The notes beneath the pieces were generated by a model. The model did no database searches. It worked only from the letters and a program-made list of their open reading frames with translations, and was not told the origin of the DNA. From Vicinamibacteria bacterium (GTDB lineage: Bacteria > Acidobacteriota > Vicinamibacteria > Fen-336): a stretch of DNA of 49,956 bases. The stretch covers positions 1 to 49,956 of the forward strand of contig DATBSL010000245.1 of the NCBI GenBank assembly GCA_036559805.1, written 5' to 3'. The position numbers and the translations under genes were made by a program. Below are positions 18,388 through 27,845 of the stretch, piece by piece (position 1 is the stretch's first letter; the number at the start of each line of letters is the position of its first letter).

Positions 18388-19844
18388 CGCGCTCCGCCCG
18401 CCGACGACAGCGCCTTGACCAGCCGGTACAGGAACTCCTGTCCCTCGTAGAACGACGTCACGCTCTCGCGCTCGTCCCGGCCGTGGGCGCGAACGTCGTC
18501 CACGTCTTCGAAGATCCCGTCGACCCCGTAGACGGGAATGCCCGCGGCCCGGAGAAAGACGGCGTCGGTCGCGCCCGCGCTCATGCTCGGGATCACCGGA
18601 ACGCCCGGCCACATCGAGGCGCTGATGCGCTCGATGAGCGACAGCACGTCGGCGGTCACGGGCGAAGGCGGGCTGGGCCTGGCCTGCGCGACCTCTGTGA
18701 CGGCGATCGCCTCGTCGGCGAGCGCCGCCACGATGGCGGCCTTCACCCGTTCCGGCTCCTCGTCGGGCAGCATCCGGCAGTTGACGGTGGCTCGAGCCGT
18801 CTGGGGCAGCGCATTCTCGGCGTGGCCGCCCTCCAAAAGAGTCGCGACGCAGGTCGTCCGAAGCCGCGCGTTGAGGTAGGGCTGCGTCGAGAGCCGGTCA
18901 GCCGCCGCGAGGTCCGGCGGAATCCTGGCCACGGCACGGCGGTCGGAGGCCTCCGGCTCCGGCACTGTCGCCGCGGAGCGCTCGAAGAAGAGGCGCGTCA
19001 CGTCGTTGAGGCGCGCGGGGAATCGATAGCGTGAGAAGCGAATGAGCCCCTCCGCCAGGCGATAGATCGCGTTGTCGGGGACGGGAAGCGAGCTGTGGCC
19101 GCCGCGGTTCTTCACTTCCAGGCGAAAGCTCTGGAACACCTTCTCGCTGGCCTGCACCGTATTCGCGATCCGGCGGCCGTCCTTCGTCTGACCGCCCCCG
19201 CCCTCGTTCAGCGCCAGCTCGGCGTCCAGGAGATGGCGGTGGTTCGTCAGCAGCCAATCGACGCCGTTGAAGCTTCCTCCTTCTTCGTCGGCGGTCAGGG
19301 CGAGGACGAGGTCGCGGTCGGGCCGGAAGCCTTCCCGAAGGTAGCGGATCAGGTTGGCCACGAAGATCGCGGCCATGGCCTTGTCGTCGCTCGTACCCCT
19401 TCCGTAGAAATAGCCGCCTTCCTCGCGGAAGACGAAGGGGTCGAACGACCAGTCCTCGCGGCGTGCCTCCACGACGTCGAGGTGTGCGAGCAAGAGGAGC
19501 GGTCGGCGCTGTCCGGTGCCACGAAGGCGGGCCACGAGGTTGCCCTTACGCGGATCGGGGCCCAGCACCTGGACGTCCGCCGCCTCGAGGCCCGCGGCCC
19601 GGAGCCGCGCGGCCATCGCCTCCGCGGCCCTGGTGCAGTCGCCGGACGAGTCGGTCGTGTTGATCTCGACGAGCTCCCTGTAAATGGCTCGTGCCAGGTC
19701 CCGCTCTGCCGCCGGTGACGTCACGTCGGCGCGGCCGTCGCTGGCAGCCAGTGCCAGGAGCAGGACGAGCGGGAGCGTGGGGCCGGCCCCGCGGGCCGGC
19801 CCCTTGTCGGGCGCTACCAGATCAGCCTGGCGCCGAGCTGCCAC
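18384..19844 (-). CDS. M20 family metallopeptidase (secreted)
   Basis: C-terminal part of the 1531-aa track ORF. Motifs 'LLLLAHLDVV', 'GRGTSDDKAMAA', 'LTADEEGG', 'GGHSS', 'GATDAVF'. GTG 19844 gives a signal peptide 'AARRQADLVAPDKGPARGAGPTLPLVLLLALAAS'. This start overlaps the receptor gene by 31 nt and is inferred. Confidence 0.8.
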   Translation of the reverse strand: MAARRQADLVAPDKGPARGAGPTLPLVLLLALAASDGRADVTSPAAERDLARAIYRELVEINTTDSSGDCTRAAEAMAARLRAAGLEAADVQVLGPDPRKGNLVARLRGTGQRRPLLLLAHLDVVEARREDWSFDPFVFREEGGYFYGRGTSDDKAMAAIFVANLIRYLREGFRPDRDLVLALTADEEGGSFNGVDWLLTNHRHLLDAELALNEGGGGQTKDGRRIANTVQASEKVFQSFRLEVKNRGGHSSLPVPDNAIYRLAEGLIRFSRYRFPARLNDVTRLFFERSAATVPEPEASDRRAVARIPPDLAAADRLSTQPYLNARLRTTCVATLLEGGHAENALPQTARATVNCRMLPDEEPERVKAAIVAALADEAIAVTEVAQARPSPPSPVTADVLSLIERISASMWPGVPVIPSMSAGATDAVFLRAAGIPVYGVDGIFEDVDDVRAHGRDERESVTSFYEGQEFLYRLVKALSSAGGAR

Positions 19845-22843
19845 TGGCGCGGCGCGCCGAGGCCGCTCGTGATCGTGCCGTCGAAGTTGAACACCAGGTT
19901 GGTGGTCTGCGGCACGAGCAGGTTCTTCGAGTTGAAGAGGTTGAAGACCTCGACGATCGGCTCGATCGCGATGCGCCTGCCGAGCGCGAACTCGCGTGAG
20001 AAGCGCAGGTCGAGCGAGGAGTACTCGTTGTCCTTGCGTCCGGCGTTGCGCTCGACGATCGAGCCGTCGGCCCGGATCCGGTCCGACGTCGGGCCGAAGG
20101 GCGCCTGCGAGACGGCGCCCGTCGCGCTCAACGACAGCGGCTGCGCCGAGCGGTAGGAGTAGCGCAGGTTGACGTTCACCTTGCCGGGCGCGAGCCACAG
20201 CAGCACGCCGTTCAGCCGGTGGCGCTGGTCGCGGTCGGAGTAGCCGTACTCGGCGTCGAGGTTGTCGTACCGGATGTAGCGATAGGTGAACGGGTCGCGC
20301 TCGTTGTCGTCGTCGGACTTGTCCCAGGACAGCGTGTAGTTGACCTGGAACTGGTAGTTGTCGGCGAGGCGCTTGGTGAGGCCGAACGTGAGCCCGCTGT
20401 AGCTGCTCTTGGCCGTGGACTCGACGCTCGTCAGCCCGCCGCCGCCGGAGGTGCCGCAGGCGATGCCGTTGGTCCCGCCGGGCTGGAGGCCGGTGCCCCA
20501 CGGGCAGCCGAAGGCCGTGTCGTTGAGCTCGAGGAAGCGCGTGATGTGCTCGCCCTTGGCATAGTTGTACTGGAGCAGCACCGCCAGGTCCTGCACGACC
20601 TCCCGCTCGACGGACGCCGAGGCGGACCAGGTGCGCGGGTTCTGGAAGTTCTCGTTGAAGACGAACACGCCCGGGTGATCGGGCACGCCCTGGCCAGCCT
20701 CGGGCGGGAGCAGGTTGGGATACGTGGGCGGCGTGACGCCGAAGCCGTTGAAGAAGCTGGCGCGGAAGGCGTTCTGGGCGCGGCTGCCGTTCGTCGAGCG
20801 CGACGAGGCGAGCGCCAGGCCGGGCACGCGCCCGTAGAACAGGCCGCCGTTCACGCGCACGACCGTCTTTCCGTCGGCGCTCGGGTCCCAGGAGATGCCG
20901 AGCCGCGGCTGCCACATCTGCATGTCCGATGGGATCTCGCCGTTCGACGGGAAGCGCCACGAGCCGAACGAGTTTGTGACGGTCTGGCCGATGAACGGGG
21001 CGTAGAAGACCTCGTTCGCCGGCGTGATCATGTCGGCCTGTTGTTGCATCTCCCAGCGCAGGCCGTAGCTGACCGTCAGGGTGCGGTTGGGCTGCCACTT
21101 GTCCTGCGCGAAGAACGCGAGCTCGGTCTGCGGGATGTCCTGCGTGCCCGCCTCCTCGGCCGAGAGGCCGCCGACGCCGAACTGCTGGAGGAACAGCAGC
21201 AGCGGACCGGTGATGTCGCTCCCGCTCGGGCAGGCGCCCGTCTCGGAGGTCGAGCCGTTCGAGCACTCGACGTAGCGCGGGTTGCGCGCGTAGTTCAGGA
21301 AGCCGTCGGTCGAGCCGAAGATGTAGCGCCCGTTCTGGAAGCCGCGGAACGTCTGGTTGGAGTGCACCCGGTTGAACTCGACGCCGAACTTCATCGAGTG
21401 GCGGCCCTTCACGAGCGACAGGTTGTTGTTGAACTGGATCCGCTCGTCGAAGTAGTCGACCGGGATGAAGAACGGCTCGCCGAAACGATAGGCGCGGCCG
21501 AAATCGAAGGCCGTGTCCGGCAGCGGCCGGCTCTGGCCGGTGATGTCCGGCCCGAGGTAGGGCCGCGGCCGGTTCTCGCGCGCCCACTGGAAGCGGAACT
21601 CGTTCAAGAGCGTCGCCGACAGGTTGGAGACCAGCGAGCCGGTGACCGCGTTCGAGTCGTCCTTCTCGTCCGCGTTGGCGCTCACGCCCCAGGAGTCGAC
21701 GTCGAAGGTGCCGTTCTTCTGCTCGGACCAGGTGTAGTTGTAGCGCAGCGTCAGCAGGTGCTTCTGGTTGAGCTGCCAGTCGACCTTGGCCAGGAACACG
21801 CGCGCGTCGTTCGTGCGCTCGATCGGGCCGTTTTCGCCGGGGCTGCCGAGGCTCGCGAAGTAGTCGACGACCCGCTGCTCGATCCGCAACGGGTTGATCT
21901 GCTTGGTCGAGCTGCCGCTCTGGTAGTCGAGCGCCACGAAGTAGAACGCCTTGTCCTTCACGATCGGCCCGCCGAGGGTGAAGCCGAACTGCTGCTGCGA
22001 GAAAGGCGTCTTCTCGGACTCGCTGCCGTCGGCCCGCTTCGGCGCCGAGCTGAGCGCGTCGTCCTTGAAGTAGGCGTGCAGCGTGCCGTGCATCTCGTTG
22101 GTGCCCGACTTGGTGACCACGTTCACGAAGCCGCCGTTCGAGCGGCCGAACTCGGCGTTGGCGCCGGAAGCGACGACCACCACCTCCTGCACCGCGTCCA
22201 TGTTGAAGGTGAAGGCCGGGCGCTGGCCGCCGCGCTGCTCGCCGAAGAACGGGTTGTTGAAGTCTGCGCCGTCGACCGAGATGTTGTTGTAGATGCCCTT
22301 CTGGCCGTTGATCGTGAGCTCGTCGCCGTCCGGCCCCTGCACGATCGAGACACCGGGGGTGAGCTTCGTGAAGTCGAGGAAGTTGCGACCGTTGTTCGGC
22401 AGCCCCTCGATCGTCGCCTGGTTGATGCGCGACGAGGACTCCGCGCGGGTCGTCTCGATCACCGGCGAGTCGGCCGAGACGACGATCTCCTCCTGGACGT
22501 TCGAGACCTTGAGCGCGATCGCGAAGTTCGCCGACTGGCCGACCGTGAGCACGACACCCTCGCGCACTACCTTGGCGAAGCCGGCGGCGGTCACGCTCAG
22601 CCGATAGGGGCCGACCGGGAGCAGCAGCGCGCGGAAGCGGCCGTCCGCGTCGGTCGCGAGCGTGCGCTCCAGGTTGGTGGCCGTGTTCTTCACGACCACG
22701 GTCGCGCCCGGGACGGCAGCGCCGGTGGGGTCGCTGACGGTGCCCTCGATGACGCCGGTGGTGGCCTGGGACTGGGGGAAGCCCAGGGCAGGCAGGAGTA
22801 GCGCTACGGCCAGTAGAGTCGCTAGGCGACCAGCACGAATCAT
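19814..22843 (-). CDS. TonB-dependent receptor with N-terminal carboxypeptidase-regulatory-like domain (Oar-like)
   Basis: ATG 22843 is preceded by AAGGAGG with a 9-nt spacer. Signal peptide 'MIRAGRLATLLAVALLLPALGFPQSQA'. 'GVIEGTVSDPTGAAVPGATVVVKN..DGRFRALLLPVGPYRLSV' (CarbopepD_reg). Plug 'GLPNNGRNFLDF'. C-terminal aromatic residue (..ARLIW). Confidence 0.88.
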   Translation of the reverse strand: MIRAGRLATLLAVALLLPALGFPQSQATTGVIEGTVSDPTGAAVPGATVVVKNTATNLERTLATDADGRFRALLLPVGPYRLSVTAAGFAKVVREGVVLTVGQSANFAIALKVSNVQEEIVVSADSPVIETTRAESSSRINQATIEGLPNNGRNFLDFTKLTPGVSIVQGPDGDELTINGQKGIYNNISVDGADFNNPFFGEQRGGQRPAFTFNMDAVQEVVVVASGANAEFGRSNGGFVNVVTKSGTNEMHGTLHAYFKDDALSSAPKRADGSESEKTPFSQQQFGFTLGGPIVKDKAFYFVALDYQSGSSTKQINPLRIEQRVVDYFASLGSPGENGPIERTNDARVFLAKVDWQLNQKHLLTLRYNYTWSEQKNGTFDVDSWGVSANADEKDDSNAVTGSLVSNLSATLLNEFRFQWARENRPRPYLGPDITGQSRPLPDTAFDFGRAYRFGEPFFIPVDYFDERIQFNNNLSLVKGRHSMKFGVEFNRVHSNQTFRGFQNGRYIFGSTDGFLNYARNPRYVECSNGSTSETGACPSGSDITGPLLLFLQQFGVGGLSAEEAGTQDIPQTELAFFAQDKWQPNRTLTVSYGLRWEMQQQADMITPANEVFYAPFIGQTVTNSFGSWRFPSNGEIPSDMQMWQPRLGISWDPSADGKTVVRVNGGLFYGRVPGLALASSRSTNGSRAQNAFRASFFNGFGVTPPTYPNLLPPEAGQGVPDHPGVFVFNENFQNPRTWSASASVEREVVQDLAVLLQYNYAKGEHITRFLELNDTAFGCPWGTGLQPGGTNGIACGTSGGGGLTSVESTAKSSYSGLTFGLTKRLADNYQFQVNYTLSWDKSDDDNERDPFTYRYIRYDNLDAEYGYSDRDQRHRLNGVLLWLAPGKVNVNLRYSYRSAQPLSLSATGAVSQAPFGPTSDRIRADGSIVERNAGRKDNEYSSLDLRFSREFALGRRIAIEPIVEVFNLFNSKNLLVPQTTNLVFNFDGTITSGLGAPRQWQLGARLIW

Positions 22844-22970
22844 GAGTGACGACCTCCTTAAGTATTCGGGAACGAAGGACGCGAGTGTTCGGGAACGAAG
22901 GACGCGCGCCGGGCGCACGATGTTCCGAAGACGTATACATCGAGCACCTCCGCGCTTTCAAGGGGGATCC

Positions 22971-23000
22971 TTGCGACAAACCCCAAATCCCTGCTACACT
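22971..23000 (+). promoter_or_regulatory. Sigma70-like promoter candidate for the rimP-nusA-infB leader
   Basis: TTGCGA (22971-22976), 18-nt spacer, TACACT (22995-23000). Lies in the divergent intergenic region. Confidence 0.45.
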
Positions 23001-23027
23001 TTCCGTTCTGGCAACGGGCGCTGGACC

Positions 23028-23054
23028 AGAGTGGGCTCGCCCACTCTTTTTTTT
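23028..23054 (+). terminator. Canonical intrinsic terminator / attenuator in the rimP leader
   Basis: Stem AGAGTGGG (23028-23035) pairs with CCCACTCT (23040-23047); loop CTCG; run of 8 T (23047-23054). The rimP SD and GTG 23086 follow directly. No upstream plus-strand gene is available to terminate. Confidence 0.7.
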
Positions 23055-23085
23055 GGAGGAAAATCTGGCGAGGCAGGAGGGGACG

Positions 23086-23547
23086 GTGGAGCGGGTGAGG
23101 TCCGTCGCCCAGCGGGTGACCGCCGACCGCGGCTTCGAGCTCGTGGACGTCGAGCTGAAGCGCGCCGGCGGCGCGGCGCTGCTGCGCCTCTACGTGGACC
23201 GCTCCGGCGGGATCGGCCTCGAGGAGCTGCAGTCCGTCTCCGAGGAGGTGTCAGCCATCCTCGACGCCGAGGACCCGATCGAGGGCCGCTATACCCTCGA
23301 GGTTTCCTCGCCCGGACTCGACCGGCCCCTGCGCGGCGAAGCGGACTACCGGCGCTTCGCGGGACGGCTCGCGAAGCTCTCGAGCTACGAGCCCGTCGAG
23401 GGCCGCCGCCACTGGACCGGCCGCATCGTCAGCTGCGACGACGGCATCGTGACCCTGGAGCTCGAGGGAGAGAAGCAGAGCGCGCGCGTGCCGCTCGCGA
23501 AGCTCTCCCACGGGCGCCTCGAGGTCGAGTTCCCGAAGAACGGATAA
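23086..23547 (+). CDS. rimP: Ribosome maturation factor RimP
   Basis: GTG 23086 with AGGAGG at 23075-23080. 'GFELVDVE', 'LRLYVD..GGIGLEELQSVSEEVSAILD' and 'YTLEVSSPGLDRPL' are typical RimP motifs. Immediately upstream of nusA. Confidence 0.88.
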   Translation: MERVRSVAQRVTADRGFELVDVELKRAGGAALLRLYVDRSGGIGLEELQSVSEEVSAILDAEDPIEGRYTLEVSSPGLDRPLRGEADYRRFAGRLAKLSSYEPVEGRRHWTGRIVSCDDGIVTLELEGEKQSARVPLAKLSHGRLEVEFPKNG

Positions 23548-23563
23548 ACGAGCGAAACGAGCG

Positions 23564-25096
23564 ATGGCCAATCAGCTGCGACAGCAGATCGAGCAGATCA
23601 GCCGGGAGAAGAACATCAATCCCGACGTGATCATCGCCGCCATCGAGGACGCGATCCTCACCGCCTCGAAGAAGTACTACAAGGGCGCGGAGGACCTCCG
23701 CAGCCGCTTCAACGAGGAGACCGGGCAGATCGAGGTCTTCGCCGTCAAGATGGTGGTCGAGACGGTCGAGATCCCCGAGACGCAGCTCGGGCTCGAGGAT
23801 GCGCGCCAGATGTTCCCGGGCGCGGAGCTCGAGCTCGGGCAGGAGATCGAGTTCCCCAAGCCGACCGACGTGCTGGGGCGCATCGCCGCGCAGACGGCGA
23901 AGCAGGTGATCTTCCAGAAGGTGCGCGAGGCCGAGCGCGACAACGTGTTCGCCGAGTACTCCGGGCGCGTGGGCGAGGTGGTGAACGGCATCGTCAAGCG
24001 CCAGGAGATGGGCGATTTCGTGGTCGACCTCGGGCGCGCCGAGGCGCTCCTGCCGCGCAAGGAGCAGAGCCGCGCCGAGGCGTACCAGACCGGCGACCGC
24101 GTGCGCGTCGCGATCGTCCGCGTGGCCAAGGCGGCCAAGGGCCCGCAGGTGATCGTCAGCCGCACCGACCCGGCCCTGCTGATCAAGCTGTTCGAGATGG
24201 AGGTGCCCGAGATCTACGACGGCACCGTCCAGATCCGGGGCGCGGTGCGCGAGGCCGGCGAGCGCGCGAAGGTCGCGGTCGTCTCGCGCGAGCGCGACGT
24301 CGACCCGGTGGGCGCCTGCGTCGGGATGAAGGGCACCCGCGTGCAGTCGATCATCCGCGAGCTGCGCGGCGAGAAGATCGACATCGTCGAGTGGAGCGAC
24401 GACGCGACGACTTTCGTGCTGAACGCGCTGTCGCCCGCGAAGGTGAGCCGGGTCCAGATCGTCGACGAGGAGCAGCGGATCATGGAGGTCGTGGTCGAGG
24501 ACAAGCAGCTGAGCCTCGCGATCGGCAAGAAGGGCCAGAACGTCCGCCTTGCGGCGAAGCTCGTCGGCTGGCGCATCGACATCAAGAGCGAGGAAGAGAA
24601 GCGCCGCGAGGTCGAGGCCGAGATGGCGCGCATGGCGCGCGCGGTGGACGAGATCCGCAGCCTCGAGGCCCACGGACTCGGGGCGCCTATGGTGCAGAAG
24701 CTGGTCGAGGCCGGCATCCACGGGCTCGCGCACCTCGCCGAGATGAGCGACGAGGACATCGGCACGCTCGAGGGCGTGGGCCCGAAGACCCTCGAGCAGG
24801 TGCGCGCGGCGGCAGCGCTCGCCCAGGCGGAATGGGACGCGCGCGACGCGGCCTTCGAGGCCGAGCGGCTCGCGGCCGAGCAGGCGGCGGCGGACCAGGC
24901 GGCGGCGGACCAGGCCGCAGCAGACCAGGCGGCGGCGGAGCAGGCCGTGGCGGAGCAGGCGGCCGCGGAGCAGGCGGCCCTGGACGCGAGCCCCGCCGAC
25001 GCTGGCGAGGAGACGAAGCCGGAAGCGGCCGCCGAGACGGCGGAGACCGCGGCCGGTGGCGGCGCAGAGGAGGGTGGCGCGGATGGGGAACGTTAG
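23564..25096 (+). CDS. nusA: Transcription termination/antitermination factor NusA
   Basis: N-terminal domain 'IEQISREKNI..VIIAAIEDAI', S1, two KH domains ('VGACVGMKGTRVQSI', 'LAIGKKGQNVRLA'), one HhH-type C-terminal module, then a low-complexity Ala/Gln/Asp/Glu tail. Confidence 0.95.
   Translation: MANQLRQQIEQISREKNINPDVIIAAIEDAILTASKKYYKGAEDLRSRFNEETGQIEVFAVKMVVETVEIPETQLGLEDARQMFPGAELELGQEIEFPKPTDVLGRIAAQTAKQVIFQKVREAERDNVFAEYSGRVGEVVNGIVKRQEMGDFVVDLGRAEALLPRKEQSRAEAYQTGDRVRVAIVRVAKAAKGPQVIVSRTDPALLIKLFEMEVPEIYDGTVQIRGAVREAGERAKVAVVSRERDVDPVGACVGMKGTRVQSIIRELRGEKIDIVEWSDDATTFVLNALSPAKVSRVQIVDEEQRIMEVVVEDKQLSLAIGKKGQNVRLAAKLVGWRIDIKSEEEKRREVEAEMARMARAVDEIRSLEAHGLGAPMVQKLVEAGIHGLAHLAEMSDEDIGTLEGVGPKTLEQVRAAAALAQAEWDARDAAFEAERLAAEQAAADQAAADQAAADQAAAEQAVAEQAAAEQAALDASPADAGEETKPEAAAETAETAAGGGAEEGGADGER
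24872..24973 (+). repeat. 15-bp in-frame tandem repeat inside the nusA 3' end
   Basis: Six to seven consecutive units of GCGGCGGCGGACCAG and variants (units start at 24884, 24899, 24914, 24929, 24944, 24959). They encode (A-A-A-[D/E]-Q)n. Confidence 0.85.
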
Positions 25097-27845
25097 GGTC
25101 TTCGGGCTCGCCCGGGATCTGAAGCTGTCGAGCCAGGAGGTCATCGACCGCCTGAGGAAGCTCGGCGTCGAGGTGAAGACCGCCTCCAGCTCGATCGACG
25201 AGGACACGGCGGACAAGCTCCGGCGCATCCTCAAGATCGACGCCCTGACCGCCAAGAAGAAGCGCGTCTACGGCAGCGAGGAAGACGAGGACGAGCGGGA
25301 CCGGCTGGAGCGCGAGCAGCAGGAGCGGGTCGCCGCCGAGCGCGCGGCCCGCGAGGCCGCGGCCGAAGAGGCGCGGATCGCCGCCGAGGAGCGCAAGGCG
25401 GGCCGCCGCCGCAAGGCCGAGCCCGAGAAGTCCACGGACGCGACCGGGACCGTGCTGACGCACGCCGCCGGCGCCCCGCGCCTCGCGCCCAAGAGCGCCA
25501 CGCCACGCGTCGAGCCGCTTCCCGTCGACGAGCCGCTCGAGGACGAGCCCGAGGCGGAGGGCTACGAGGCGATGCCTGCGCCTGAGCCCGAGCCGCCCGC
25601 GACGACGCCCCTGCCGGCGCCCCCGCCCGGCCCCGTGCGCACGACCGTGACGGCGGCGCGTCTGGGCGGTCCGGTCCGACCGATCGCCCCTGCCGCTCCG
25701 CCGCCGCCGCCGGCCTCACCGTCGGCGGCTCCCGCCGTTGCGACTGCGGCGCCAGCCGTCGAAGCCGTGAGCCCGTCTGCCGCGCCGCGCGTCATCGCGC
25801 GGCCCGCGCCGCCGAGGCCATTGCGGCCCATCGCTCCGCCGCGGCCCTCCGGCCCGCATCCGACGAGCCCGCACCCCACGAGTCCGCACGCCGTGGCCGG
25901 CTCGGGTCTGCCGCGTTCGCCGTACCCGAGCGCGGGCCGACCGGGCGTGATGGCGCGACCCGGCGCGTCGCCCTACGCGCGTCCGGCACCGCCCGGCCCG
26001 CCGCGGCCCGTCGGCCGGCCGGCTCCGCGCCCGAAGACGCGCACGCCCGTGGTCGTCCAGCGCGAGGAGCGGCCGGTCTACACCGGCCCGATGCGCCAGA
26101 TCAACCTGTCCGAGGGCGTGACGGTCAAGGAGCTCTCGGAGAAGATGCCGGACGCCAAGTCGCGCGACATCATGAAGTCGCTCATCTCGCGCGGGATCAT
26201 GGCGACCGTCAACCAGAGCCTGGAGCCCGCGCTCGCGATCGAGATCTGCAAGGAGTTCGGCTACGAAGCGCAGATCCAGTCCTTCGAAGAGGAGCAGTTC
26301 AAGTTCGGTGAGGTCGAGTCGAAGCCGGAAGACCTCGTGCCGAGGGCGCCCGTGATCACGGTCATGGGCCACGTCGACCACGGCAAGACGTCGCTCCTCG
26401 ACGCGATCCGGCAGACCACTGTCGCGGCGGGCGAGGCCGGCGGGATCACGCAGCACATCGGCGCCTACCACGTGGACGTCGGCACGCGGCGCGTCGTCTT
26501 CCTCGACACGCCCGGCCACGAAGCGTTCACGCTGATGCGCGCGCGCGGCGCCAAGGTGACCGACATCGTGGTGCTGGTCGTGGCCGCCGACGACGGCGTC
26601 ATGCCGCAGACGCTCGAGGCGATGGACCACGCCAAGGCGGCGGGAGTGCCGATCGTGGTCGCGGTCAACAAGATCGACAAGCCGGAAGCGCAGCCCGATC
26701 GTGTGCGCCAGCAGCTCTCCGACCGCGGGCTGATGCCCGAGGAGTGGGGCGGCACCAACGTGTTCGTGAACGTTTCGGCGAAGAAGCAGCAGGGCCTCGA
26801 TCAGCTGCTCGAGATGCTGCTGCTGGTGGCCGACATGCAGGAGGTCAAGGCCAACCCCAAGAAGCCGGCGCTCGGCACCGTGCTCGAGGCACGGCTCGAC
26901 AAGGGGCGCGGCCCCGTGGCGACCGTGCTGGTGCAAGACGGTACGCTCAGCATCGGCGACACGGTCGTCGCCGGCGCCGTCACCGGCAAGATCCGCGCGC
27001 TCGTGGACGACCGCGGCGCGCGCCTGAAGTCGGCCGGGCCTGCGACGCCGGTCGAGGTGCTGGGCCTGCCCTCGCTGCCGGAGCCCGGCGACCAGCTGCT
27101 CGTCGTCACGGACAGCCTGAAGGCGCAGTCGATCGTGAACTTCCGCCAGCTCAAGATGCGCGAGAAGGCGCTGTCGGCCTCGTCGCGCGTCCGGCTCGAA
27201 GATCTCGGGCGTGCGATCGCCGACGGCCAGCTCAAGGAGCTGCTGCTGGTGCTGAAGGCGGACGTGCAGGGCTCGCTCGAGGCGGTCGCCGACCAGCTCG
27301 CCAAGCTGCCGCAGGAGAAGATCAAGGTCCGCATCATCCGCCAGGGCGTGGGAGCCGTCACCGAGGGCGACGTGCTGCTCGCGGCCGCGTCGAACGCCGT
27401 CGTGATCGGCTTCAACGTCCGTCCGGAGCGCAAGGCAGCCGAGATTGCCGAGCGCGACGAGGTCGAGCTGCGCCTCTACACGATCATCTACGACGTGGCC
27501 GAGGAGATGAAGAAGGCCATGGAGGGCCTGCTCGAGCCGACGCTGCGCGAGGTGCGGCTGGGCGCCGCCGAGGTGCGCGACACCTTCAAGATCTCGAAGG
27601 TCGGCACGATCGCCGGCAGCTACGTGACGGACGGCCGCGTCACGCGCACGGCGCAGATCCGGCTGCTGCGCGACAACGTCGTGATCCATACCGGCAAGGT
27701 GAGCTCGCTGAAGCGCTTCAAGGACGACGCCGGCGAGGTGAAGCAAGGCTTCGAGTGCGGCATCGGCATCGCCGGCTACAACGACGTCAAGCCGGGCGAC
27801 GTGATCGAGTTCTTCACGACGGAGAAGGTCAAGGAAACGCTGTAG
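25083..27845 (+). CDS. infB: Translation initiation factor IF-2
   Basis: ATG 25083 ('[13 protein letters not shown]') with GAGGAGGG upstream; overlaps the nusA end by 14 nt. G-domain motifs '[12 protein letters not shown]', 'DTPGHEAF', 'NKID'. Pro/Ala-rich N-terminal linker. Confidence 0.93.
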   Translation: MGNVRVFGLARDLKLSSQEVIDRLRKLGVEVKTASSSIDEDTADKLRRILKIDALTAKKKRVYGSEEDEDERDRLEREQQERVAAERAAREAAAEEARIAAEERKAGRRRKAEPEKSTDATGTVLTHAAGAPRLAPKSATPRVEPLPVDEPLEDEPEAEGYEAMPAPEPEPPATTPLPAPPPGPVRTTVTAARLGGPVRPIAPAAPPPPPASPSAAPAVATAAPAVEAVSPSAAPRVIARPAPPRPLRPIAPPRPSGPHPTSPHPTSPHAVAGSGLPRSPYPSAGRPGVMARPGASPYARPAPPGPPRPVGRPAPRPKTRTPVVVQREERPVYTGPMRQINLSEGVTVKELSEKMPDAKSRDIMKSLISRGIMATVNQSLEPALAIEICKEFGYEAQIQSFEEEQFKFGEVESKPEDLVPRAPVITVMGHVDHGKTSLLDAIRQTTVAAGEAGGITQHIGAYHVDVGTRRVVFLDTPGHEAFTLMRARGAKVTDIVVLVVAADDGVMPQTLEAMDHAKAAGVPIVVAVNKIDKPEAQPDRVRQQLSDRGLMPEEWGGTNVFVNVSAKKQQGLDQLLEMLLLVADMQEVKANPKKPALGTVLEARLDKGRGPVATVLVQDGTLSIGDTVVAGAVTGKIRALVDDRGARLKSAGPATPVEVLGLPSLPEPGDQLLVVTDSLKAQSIVNFRQLKMREKALSASSRVRLEDLGRAIADGQLKELLLVLKADVQGSLEAVADQLAKLPQEKIKVRIIRQGVGAVTEGDVLLAAASNAVVIGFNVRPERKAAEIAERDEVELRLYTIIYDVAEEMKKAMEGLLEPTLREVRLGAAEVRDTFKISKVGTIAGSYVTDGRVTRTAQIRLLRDNVVIHTGKVSSLKRFKDDAGEVKQGFECGIGIAGYNDVKPGDVIEFFTTEKVKETL

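Noticed and set aside
20219-22801. 860-aa plus-strand ORF opposite the TonB-dependent receptor, and the 1531-aa minus-strand ORF 18384..22979 read as one protein
   Set aside because: The plus-strand ORF is a shadow ORF with low-complexity Val/Ala/Arg/Glu/Leu content. In the 1531-aa frame, only the last 486 codons or so have M20 peptidase similarity. The upstream part overlaps the receptor gene out of frame and looks like an Arg/Pro-rich artefact.
22846-23085. Longer rimP ORF starting at 22846, or TTG 23053
   Set aside because: That reading would run through the divergent promoter region and the leader terminator. TTG 23053 lies within the T-tract with no SD. GTG 23086 has AGGAGG at the ideal distance and gives a typical RimP N-terminus.
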